From: Paraphysomonas bandaiensis
Taxonomy: Eukaryota > Protista > Chrysophyceae
Assembly (NCBI GenBank): GCA_965644295.1
Contig: CBFFRP010000067.1
Span: 118,700 to 182,699 of the forward strand
Reading direction: 5' to 3'
Length of the DNA stretch: 64,000 nucleotides
The notes under the pieces are model-generated. The model did not search any database and was not told the DNA's origin. It worked only from the letters and a program-made list of their open reading frames with translations. How positions within the stretch are numbered: position 1 is the first letter of the stretch; each line of letters starts with the position of its first letter. Shown here in pieces: positions 38,194 to 49,300 of the stretch. The translations under genes and the position numbers were made by a program.

Positions 38194-39561
38194 ATGGCGT
38201 CTTTAAAGACGTTATTCTTAACTATCTATTCTATTCTATTAACACAATGTTCATGTTCATCTATAAGGAATGAAACATGTCCCACTGCATATCCCGTATC
38301 TATCCATAACATCCCTATCAACTACTTCGACCAACTGCAGCATATTAAACTCACATCTTCTTCATATACTATACAAAATTTACAATTAAATTCTTTAGCT
38401 GTTTTGCTAGATGGGACATTGATTTTGAGGGACATTGAATGTGGATCTATTAATGATATTACTTTAAAAGCGAGACGTAGTTTTATAAGTGGCCCTATAT
38501 CTATCCACAGTTTGTCTGATGATTGCCCTGTTTTAAAACAATTGGATACAATATATTTTTCGTCGAGTTCTGGACTTCTGACAGAACAGCATATTATGAT
38601 TGACTGGTTACAACAGCTTCCAGAAGATGATGTGGTACACTATATTCGCCACTATGGTCTCCGGACGCACCGCAAACTTGTATTCACCGCTTTGAGTTCC
38701 AAGGAACTTATCATGAGTATATTTTATGGTGTTAAACTTCCGGAAGGTGATCCGCGTGGGAACGTTCCATTCAGTATGTATCTCATTCACGACCCGTCAC
38801 CCACCTACGGTTATCGAATTACCACTGGAGGGCCTAATATTGTCAATGAGCATACATATGATTTGAAAATGAATTTGAGAAGTATCACTCCCTATATTCA
38901 TTGTACTGATAACATAGAGGAGACCAAGCAAAACATGAAAGTGTTGGGGGTTCTCGATCACTTCTATAGACAGAGACAATTCGAATCATTGACCCATGTC
39001 TTCGATACATTAAACAGTGTTTCATCTTTTTCTTATCTAGTGATGCGTAATTTTGAAGGATACCCTGATCAAATTGTGATTGACGAACACCTTGATGTTG
39101 ACATCCTTTGTTCAGATTACTTTTTAGCGAAACGAATATTAGATGGTATTGCGGCCTGTCCTTCAACTGAAATGTATGAAAACCGAGGTTCTAGAATACT
39201 TAATTATGTTGAAGTCAATGGTAGTGAGGTAATGTTCGACCTACGGTATATGGGAGATAATTACTACTCGTTGAGTTTGCAGCGATACATGATGGCGAGA
39301 AGAGTTAGGCGTAAAAACTTTTATGTTCCCGATAACGACACGTTTATACACACCCTATTGTATCATGCTTTGGTTCATAAGCCCACAATATCCCCTACAT
39401 ACGAGCAGAAATTTAAGCAACTGGGTATATGGCCAGAGAGTGGAAGGATAAAGGAATTGCAAGACACTCTGGTCACTTTTATGAATAACAATGGCTTCTT
39501 CTTTGTTAAACCTAATGACCCCACGGTTGGATTCTTTATGGCTATGGGATTTATGTCGTAG
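38194..39561 (+). CDS. Intronless signal-peptide protein with a putative nucleotidyltransferase-fold C-terminal domain
   Basis: 455-aa ORF from ATG 38194; hydrophobic N-terminus; YLVMRNFE..HLDVDIL, FDLRYMGDNYY, YHALVHK. Confidence 0.7.
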   Translation: MASLKTLFLTIYSILLTQCSCSSIRNETCPTAYPVSIHNIPINYFDQLQHIKLTSSSYTIQNLQLNSLAVLLDGTLILRDIECGSINDITLKARRSFISGPISIHSLSDDCPVLKQLDTIYFSSSSGLLTEQHIMIDWLQQLPEDDVVHYIRHYGLRTHRKLVFTALSSKELIMSIFYGVKLPEGDPRGNVPFSMYLIHDPSPTYGYRITTGGPNIVNEHTYDLKMNLRSITPYIHCTDNIEETKQNMKVLGVLDHFYRQRQFESLTHVFDTLNSVSSFSYLVMRNFEGYPDQIVIDEHLDVDILCSDYFLAKRILDGIAACPSTEMYENRGSRILNYVEVNGSEVMFDLRYMGDNYYSLSLQRYMMARRVRRKNFYVPDNDTFIHTLLYHALVHKPTISPTYEQKFKQLGIWPESGRIKELQDTLVTFMNNNGFFFVKPNDPTVGFFMAMGFMS

Positions 39562-40667
39562 CGAAACTGCACTGCCATTAGTAATTTTTAATAGAACTAT
39601 ATCAGCCCAGTTTATTACTGACAAGAGAGTTTTCACTACGGAGTTGTTATAAACCATGAAGGTCGGAACTGCAAAAAAATGTTTTAGAATATGTAATCAT
39701 TCAGCTAAACAATATAGCAAGGTTGCAACAAATGATGACTAGTGTTTATCTAATGTCCACAGAGTTCAGTTATCTTTTTTCAATGGTCAATATGCCAGTT
39801 TCTATTAATCTTATGTAAATATTAGCTTATGACAATCTACGAAATGTAAAATATGTAGCGAGCTATATATATTTCGTTCATGTCAACCACTGCTCAACTT
39901 TCGTACTATCTTAAATCGTCATGATACGATACTTCAGTTTCACAGTTATCGCTATGTAGTATCTTTGACTACGTATTACTGCATTCAACGTATTCTACAG
40001 TACTATCTTGTGTTGGAATACGTATGCCTCTCTAAGATAGTTCTATAGAATACGGTGAATACAGTAATACGTAGTTAAACATACTATATAGCTATAACTG
40101 TGAAACTAAAGTATTGTACCACGACTGTACAAGATACGGAAGTTGATCAGTGGATGACATGAACAAATTATATTATCATGTTGTTGATGAGATTTTACTT
40201 GACAACACAATTGTGTATACAATTATAATAACATAATCTATCATCTATCTAGTTTGATTAACTTTAACATCTCTTAAAACGATCTTCATTGTCTGAAATG
40301 TTCTATAGTCAATATGTGGTAGCAAATGCGGATGAGAGAAGGAGGATAGAGCTGATATTCCATGGTTCGACGAGAGCAACGTTGAGCAATGGATCGAAGC
40401 TTATGAGAAAGAATCAGAGTGAGGTGGCTCTAGAAAGGCCACCAGAAGAAGTGAACTTCGGAATTCAACCCCTGAACAGTCTTGAGACCAAGTCCTACAA
40501 GAAAGCGGTGGAAAAGTATTGGAAGGCAAATGCAATTGCCTATTTATACTGCAGAGAGGTGGTGAAGCGATCTCCGAAGGCGCTGCAGAAATTTCATCTG
40601 AAGCACAAGGTATTGGAAATTGCTCATTTTAAGCTAGATCATAGAGAGAATTTGTCGTAAGACTAGA

Positions 40668-40881
40668 TAGATTTATTAATATCATTTACACGAAGTTGTG
40701 ATAACCAACACTAACTCATTTTAATCTACGCATAATATCCTACATATGCGAACCTCTCGTTACTGAACATATCTTGAAAGATCAAACTATTTCAGTTTCT
40801 CAATGTCATCATAGCCTTTGTACATCACTGTATTTCACTGTATTCTCGCACATTGTCTTCAAGTGACATATCCTGAATATA
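40668..40881. mobile_element. Putative solo LTR inserted in the relic gag
   Basis: 214 bp, TA..TA ends, TSD ctaga (40663-40667/40882-40886). Confidence 0.55.
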
Positions 40882-41160
40882 CTAGAATAAGATCCATATT
40901 CTAATACAAGGAGTTCAAGGCAGCTGAAGGAAGGATAAACAACTTCAGCGCAAGAGAGATGGTTAGCACTTTGAAATCGTGTTTTAATGGCCAATGATGT
41001 ACCATATGAATTGTTATCCAAATGTATCGACAGTTCGACGACACCAAGTATGGAAGGAAAATTATAGAGAAGAAGCGCGAGAGCGCGGAGGATCTAGGAG
41101 GATCCTACAAAGAGAAAGTGTTCTTGTTCTTATTGCTCTAAAAAAGGTATAATACACAAT

Positions 41161-41946
41161 CATAATACAGAACAATGTAGGAAGAAAAAGGGGGAAACGA
41201 AGGGACAAAGACCGGAAAGTAAGGAATACAGTATATGTAAAAATCCAAAAACCATCGTGCTAACGAATGTCCTCGAAATTCCACTGGAAAGACCAAGAAA
41301 CCCCAGAAATCTGGGAAAGTATTCACGTTCGAGAATATCCGCAGAGGAGGAACCGAATCTGACTCTGAGTCCGACGAAGTGAATATGATTTATGACTGTG
41401 CTGTCGATATATATGCCAAATATGATGCACGCTGTATGATTGACACAGACCACTATACATATATAGACACATGCTGTTCGTCTTCTATGTTTTAGTGAAC
41501 GACCAAAGTATAATTGATGATGTGTCCTACACAGACAAAGTAATCAGAGGCTCCAAGAAAGGAACTGAGATTAACGTAACTGCTACAGGAAGGAATACAC
41601 TTTGGTCGTTCACTAAAAACAAAGAAGACGAACAGCATGTGTCTATATATGTATACTGTGCATCGTCAATCATACAGCAATAATCAATTTTGGTAAACAT
41701 ATCGACAGCACAGTCATAAATCATATTCACTTCTTCGGACTCAGAGTCAGATTCGGTTCCTCCTCTGCGGATATTCTCAAACGTGAATACTTTCCCAGAT
41801 TTCTGGGGTTTTCAGTGAAATTTCGGGGGCATTCGTTAGCACAATGTCTTTTGGATTTTTACATACTCTGCATCCTGTGTATTCCTTACTGCCCGGTTTT
41901 TGTCCCTTCGTTTCCCCCTTTTTCTTCCTACATTGTTCTGTATTAC
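41161..41946. repeat. Inverted repeat, ~350-bp arms, ~85-bp spacer
   Basis: 41161-41510 versus reverse complement of 41596-41946; diverged but clearly alignable. Confidence 0.95.
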
Positions 41947-42164
41947 GAGAACCATACATATTCCAACAAAGCGATGCAAATTACATAGAATTCAACTTTT
42001 GTAATTCATTATAATTTGATCACACATAAAGAAAGTTCTGATAAATACAGAGCACAACAACAGCAATTCACAAAAACACAATGACAACAATCGGGTTTCA
42101 AATTCTCGTATAACCTACGGCCACCTGGAAGCTCATTATACAATATGAAACGAATATAATAATA

Positions 42165-44215
42165 CTAGCGCTTTCCCGCTAGTCCTGTCGTCGATTTCCG
42201 CCTATCTACGAAGCACAAAGCGTTACAGAACACAACTACGGTATAATATCAGACAGCATTAGCTTATACCTTGTGTCGCTATCACTGCTTGAGTCACAGA
42301 TTTTAATGATCTCCTTCGATCTCTTCCGCCGAAGCTGCTTGATCCAGAAGACGTCGATGCACGTCTAGCCGCCTGCGGGCCACCGCTACTCCCATCTCTA
42401 TACAAGCGCTTGAGCTATATAAACAACCGCACTATTTCAACACCACTCACTTATCTTCATCAATCGTAACCACCACAGATCGTTTCCTGCTTGATCCTTT
42501 CTGAGATACATTGAAACCATCAGCGGTCAGGCCACTAGTAGATGATCGTCGCCGACCACCACCAGAATGGGAAGTGGAGAGCGGTTCCTCCGAAGTTGTA
42601 TATTTCGAAGAGAAAGACTGTTTTCGTTTGAGTTTGTCAGCTGTCGTAGTAGTGTCTATGTTAGCAGCGACGGTCTCAAATCCGTCTGCAGTGAGAGTGA
42701 GGGGTTGGGCCTGTTCACTCTGTGCAGGTAGACGACGAAGTGCTGCCGCGTCACTAGGCCTGGTAACATGTACACTAGTTTCAGAAAAAGTTGCTCAGTG
42801 TAGGAGTGCAACTTACATGACTGAGTTTCCTCGAGATAATGAACGAGGTGGACGTCTCTTTGGAGCGCACGGTTCCATTTTGTTGGAGGTAGCACTACAA
42901 CGCATGTTAGACAATACTGGATGACAAGGAGGCGACATACTCTGACTCGGAGCGTTTCACAGATCCTCTACGAGCCCCTTGGGAAGTCCCTAATACTCCT
43001 CGACTGAGAAGCATGATCAATGCTAAACCACACAGTAGTTATTTCATAAATACCTGTTACCCCGAGAAATGGGCACTATTTCATGACCACTACAAAAACT
43101 GTAAGAACAAATGTAAAGAAATGCGGAAAGTGTACGTCGTATTAAATCGCTTAAAAGATGGCCTCCCCGCAGCTGCCGGACCAGAAAGTTTCATGCGTCT
43201 AGCAGCCTCTAACTGTCTTTGGGCAGGAGTAAGCTCATGCACGTCGGATTCATCAGGCGCCACCAGGTCATGTGAGTCATCGGCTGCCTCTGTTGTAGCA
43301 TCCTCCAATCCCATATAGGGATCCGAGACATCGTAACGATCCGCATACATAAGAAGGATGTCCTTAATCGGCACATATCGGTCCTTGAACATGCGTACCC
43401 GGGCTCGTATAAGGGCTACATTTGAAGCAGAAATCGTGAATACAGATCACATTCTCATTTGCTACACTCATACCATGCCAGAACGGAGGCCCAATTACTT
43501 TCCGCTGGAACCTTGTCTGCATTTCAAATGCGGGATACAGTAACGCTGGGTGTTTCTCGGCAAAACGTTGAAAAGTTTCTATGTCAATAAGATCTTTGTC
43601 CAACTCCTGTATCTTATAATAGACACTACAACGATACAACGTAAGGTATCATCATTTATCGCAGGTACAATTTCACCGTTTGGCATGAGTGTTCATATGA
43701 AATTTCTCGCCGTATACGTCTTTAATCAAATGCTGAGCTTCAGGTACATCAATATACCCACTCTTGTCTTGGTCATATAAGTCAAATGCAAATACAACTG
43801 CATGGAGGAGTTATGTGTTATCCAGAAAGCGCAATGAATACATACTTAATGACGTTTTCCCGAGTGTACAATAGTTCCAAATACTCAACACGAATTCCCT
43901 GAAATCAATTTCGCCAGAGTTGTCATCATCAAACATACTGAATATTCTCTTCGTGAATCGCGTTCGTTCCACATCCAGAAACATCAGCAGTTCAATGATT
44001 TCGATACATCCTGACCCATCACTATCAATCACAGTAAAGAGTCCATACAATCGGCCAACATCCCTCTCCGATATTCCCAAAGCATTAAAATCACCAATAT
44101 ATTGTCTTACTTTAGGGACCTAAACACTTATATCAATAATATGTAAGTAATAGCAGAGTGTAGATAATACCGTAAGATAAATATTATCATACTTAGTGGA
44201 CGGTCCACACCCCAT
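42165..44215 (-). CDS. N-acylated EF-hand calcium sensor (calcineurin B/NCS-like) with long disordered tail, multi-exon; 3' end approximate
   Basis: Start MGCGPSTK; DSDGSGCIEIIE, FTKRIFSMFDDDNSGEIDFREF; HPALLYPAFEMQ. Confidence 0.8.
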
Positions 44216-46340
44216 CCCAGATACACAGATATGAATAACAGACACTACAGTGATCAAATTATCGTATCATTGACTATAAATATAACTGATATCTCTTCTA
44301 AGTGATAATAAACAATAATACACTGACACGATGGTTGCAATAGACAAAACTCCCTATTAGTTTGATACCATATGACTCAGCCCATAAGAAGACCCTTATA
44401 ATGATATCACACTTGATCGAACCTAATAGCAGGGCTATACTCCATACGGGAATAGATTTCGTGGATTAATGTACAGTAGCTTCTAGTTAGTCATGTATGT
44501 GTATGTAAGATGAGAAGGAAGGAAGTATTCTTGTACATTTCAATTATATGTTAAACGTCATAGAAAAGTAGCTAGAAACTGATAGTTTTGTCGGTTGGGT
44601 ATGCAGGATTATCAATTTATGTTGTGCAAAAATTACCTACTAAAAAAAGCTGTACAATACGGACAAAATAGCAATTATAGTTTTTATGATGAATAAAATT
44701 TTTGCCGATTTTTTAATACGTTGTTGTAAAAAACAACCTGGTGCGAAAAATGGTACGTCACAAAAACCTATTTTTTGTGAATTCGATGTATTAAAAAATA
44801 TCACTTTTTTGTTATTTTAATGGAGTTTTTAAGTTATAGCTATACTGTACGATATATATCTAGATAAACTTTGTATACTGCTGTATATACAGACAGCTAC
44901 TCTGTACGTGATGTCCAGAGTGTGGTCAATGCATCATACACTGCTGCGTATTGTACCATATATAAGTGTTGTGACTATATATAAGACTCTCATTCAGATT
45001 AATCATACCACTAATGATAAATGATATGCTATTGCAGCTCCTATACACCTAATCGTACTTTAATATGAGTGTTATATGTCAATACTCTACTATTAAATGT
45101 AATGGAATACACCTGTACAATACAACAGCCACAGATTGAGCGGACACATCACAACATTACATCATCATGGCTTCCTATTCACAAAGCAAAGGCGAGAATG
45201 CAATAATTAAATAACCCTCTATGCAATCGGATTGGAACCATATCGTTTTAGCGTGCTATTTAACCGGAAATGATGATTTAATGAAAGCTGTGGTGAAAAC
45301 ACAGATACAATTCCCAGTGGTATTAACGTTCATGGACGTCGAATTGATTTTGACCAGATACCATTACTATACTGACCTTGAATCGACTGACAATACCTCT
45401 ACAGTTGGAATACTAATACTTGAAGATTAACTCCGTTTAATTAAAATATACCACGTACGAAATAGAAAGTAATAGGATTTTAAGACCAAGCATGAAAGTT
45501 TACAGTAGAACTAATGTAGATTAGAAATATAAAGTAGTATCAAATATGTTCTCCTCCATTAGAACTAATATAGATTGGAAATATAGACTAGAATCAATTT
45601 TTTCTCCTCCATTCGCCTCCATGTACAATTCGCTTAGAGTCAGCTGGATATTTCAAAAGTGAGGTTGAGCATACTAGACTACCTGAATTCGGTCCTTATA
45701 TCGGAACCGAAAAAATATATACATGTAATTTTAAGATTCGGTTCAAACAAAACTGTCATCTCCGTAATTCTAGGTATGATGGAGAGTCATTTGTCATTTG
45801 AAAGTGACCTCATTATATATCACACAAGTTTAGGGATACTACTATGATAAGTCAACTTTCAAAAGCAGATAGTCAAACTTTTCCAGTTATACTACATCCT
45901 TCGTCTGATTTTGTAGAAGATCATTTTGATTCCAGTGCAAGTGATTTATCTTCATAGAAATACAGAATTGAACTTAGTAATAGCAAAACAATGTTGTGAT
46001 TATTAGAGTGTGGAGTAGAACCCAGTCATAAAATCTGTGGTTAAATATAACTAGTTTCTGAAGATATAACTTCGAATTCCATTTTGAATTATATTAGATT
46101 CAACATTACTAACATTCATACTAGATACTAAAAATTTTATTAGATGCCCACGAAGTGTTAAAATCTCTCTTTTTTGCAGTAGAGTAAATGGGTTTCATTG
46201 GTTATCTACTGTGTGTAATCGTTGCTACACTGCAACATCCATGGCCCACATTACTTTATCCAAGACAAATAAAAAATACTTATTATGACTGATGGAGCAT
46301 GTTAAAATTAGCTATCTATTATGCCAGTAAATGAGAAGTT

Positions 46341-49300
46341 CTACTTGCGCATTTGCGTAAAGGACGCCCCTTGAAACTTGTTCTGCGACTGACCTCCACC
46401 AAATAAGCTTCCGCCGCCACCTCCGAATCCACTCTGCTGTTGCTGCTGATTCATAACGGATGCGAATCCACCTTGCTGCGTTGTGGCTCCACCCAATGGT
46501 CTACTCTCTCCAAATACGCTTCCTTGTGAACCTGCAAATGGAGTTGCACCCTGCCCAGATGCAAATGGTTTTGAGAACGACCCCGCACTTTGTGTATTGT
46601 CAGAACCCTGCTGCCCAAATAAACTTGAGCCACCAGCACTACCAAATCCACCTGGCTGCTTGCCAGAAGACATCGATGAATGTTGATTCCCGAAAACTCC
46701 ACCATTTCCTAGCTTGGAAGTTACTCCAAAGGAAGGAGTGCTGGATTGGCCAATGCCCGTCGATTGCCCAAATGCCCCCTTCGCTGTAGAGGAGCCAAAA
46801 GGAGACGCCGCAGATTGTTGAGATCCTGCACTGAAAGGGGTCGGCTGACTAGACTGACGTGCAGCAGAACCACCAAACACAGTCCCTTGCGACTGTTGAT
46901 TTCCAAATACAGAATTTTGTTGTGGGGTTGCTTGCTGCTGACCGAAGCCACCTTGCTGTGGGGTTGTTTGCTGCTGACCGAAGCCACCTTGCTGTGGGGT
47001 TGTTTGCTGCTGGCCGAAGCCACCTTGCTGTGGGGTTGTTTGCTGCTGACCGAAGCCACCTTGCTGTGGGGTTGTTTGTTGCTGACCGAAGCCACTTTGC
47101 TGTGGGGTTGTTTGCTGCTGACTGAATCCACCTTGCTGCGACTGCCCAAATGGGGTCTGTTTCGCCTGCCCAAATGGGCTCGATTTCGACTGCCCAAATG
47201 GGGTTGCTTGCGACTGCTGGGGTGTCCCAAAAACAGATTGTTGAGGAGTGGACTGTTTTTGGTTCGGCTGACTAAAGCCCGTGCTTTTAGATGAGGCCTG
47301 GGCAAACACCGACCCTTGTTGTGGATTGTTGGGCTGTTGTGGTGTACTATGCTGGGGCATACCAAATGCGGTTTGTTGTGGAGTTGACTTTGAAGATTGG
47401 CCAAACGAGGAACCGCCCTGTGTCGCGGACTGTTGGCGCGAAGGCGTCACGATATATTTTTCCTCTGCTCGTTGGAGTAGTACTTTCTCATTACCCTTGT
47501 ACTTTTGCAATAAATCAGGAATCTTTTCAACTTTCGCTGGGCAGTGCTCCTTGTAAATTTCATACAAGCGGGTTCTAATTGCTTCCACTGTGTCTGGAGC
47601 TTCTGAAGTTACTTGCTGAGGCGTTCCCAACCCAGGGGAGGACTTCTGACCAAACACAGATGAGGAGGCAGATGAAGATGATATCCCCTGATTTTTTGAG
47701 GGCATTGCACCAAACCCGCCTGTACCGCCTGAGAATACACTATTGGCATTAGATGGAGTTTGTCCAAAAGGAGTTGGAGTAGAGGTTGTTGTTGTCTTCG
47801 CAGCAGGTGTTGACTTCGCAGCAGGTGTTGTCTTCGAAGAAGCTTTTTCTGTTGAGCTAAACACGGTCTGTTGAGCCATTTTAGATGATTCGCCACTCGA
47901 TTCGCCGGAGCCAGCCCCTGTTCCCCACCCTTTCAGGCCCCCACTTGAAGTTGGAGGCTTTCTAGGGGCCCCACAATCATCTAAAGTAGATTTCGCGAAG
48001 CCACTGACAGGAGCGTCTTTGGTTTGCACAGCACCTGTAGACGTTTGAGACATACCAAACCCAGAAGATGTCGGAGATTTCAAATCTATCGACTTTCCAA
48101 AAGGTTTAGAAACTGTGGCGGGTGATGACACGACAGATTCGACTGAATTCAATGCAACAGGTCGCTTATCTGTCTCAGCTTTATCTGAAGTATTCACGGA
48201 TTCACGACTAGCGCTAGTTTCTGAAACGCCAAAGGTTTTAAAAGACGCTCCAAAATTTAGTGCAGATGACGGTGCTTCATCCACAGAATTCTTCGTATCG
48301 CCCTCATTCAACTGCCCTTTAACTACATCGCTATTAAGAAACACATTATGAGGAAAGAGTATTACCTGGCGACGACTTTCTAGATGCTTCCACGTCCGAT
48401 TTCTTTCCCCATGTGCCTGTGGACTCAACTGGTGGTTTCGATAACTGAGAAGTGGATGTCTTGAAACCAGAGCCGAACGATGTTCCGAATTTACTCGGCT
48501 CCTTATTTGGAGACGAAGAGGAAGGATCACTCTTTTCGTCTTTTACAAATGTAGAAAAAGAAGTAGAAAATCCAGCCCCTGGCTTCGAAATATTAGGAGA
48601 TGGCGAATATTCAGAAGAAGAAACCCCAGTAGACGCAGTATCCTTCGCATTACTTGCTACTGAAATGCTCAGACCTGAGGTACTCTTTATCGACGACGTA
48701 TCACTACCAGAATTCTGCTTCGAGGTTGAATCCACGCTAGTTCTACTGAAGCTATTGGAACCACCAGGCTTCTTTTCACTGAGTTTGATATTCTTCGCTA
48801 CAAGTTCTTCTGACTTCTTCTGCCTCTCTTCAAACTTGTTAATATCTTCGTCGTCAGGCTCTTTACTAGAACTGATGTATCGTACATCAGAAAGATGACT
48901 CCTTGTAGCAGTGCGCCAGCACTCGAATGCCAGCTGCTGCTTAGTAACAGGAACGGCAGTTTTGGATGGCGCAACACGACCATTCGATTTCATTGCGTTG
49001 CGTTTCCGTGCACGCTGAACAATATCCGCGTAGCGAAAACCCTTCAGCCGCGCAGTTCTGTCTATTTCGCACGACACTTTTCCTTTACTACTAAACGAAA
49101 CCCCATGACAATCGATACGACCAACATCAACCCCATGTCTCCTGTTACTGGTCGAATTAATCACACCGAATTCTGCCTCTAGAGCACCCACATTCCTCTC
49201 CAGTTCTGCAACCACATTCTTTGCATTCTGAGCATGGCGCAGTGAATTTTTTAAAGAATGAAAGAGGTTATCTTTACAAACAATGCGAGGTCGTTCGAGT

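Larger units (their letters stand above)
39865..41968. mobile_element. Rearranged, degenerate Copia-like relic (second family)
   Basis: TG..CA LTR 40011-40269, decayed gag, Zn knuckle (about 41230-41275), protease YIDTCCSS; inverted copies on both sides. Confidence 0.8.

Noticed and set aside
40011-41968. DNA transposon with 16-bp TIR TGTTGGAATAYGTATG
   Set aside because: No TSD; both ends are LTR starts in opposite orientation.
48323-48530. Programmed frameshift between the overlapping Nup214 ORFs
   Set aside because: A 43-nt GT-AG intron (48323-48365) joins them in frame.
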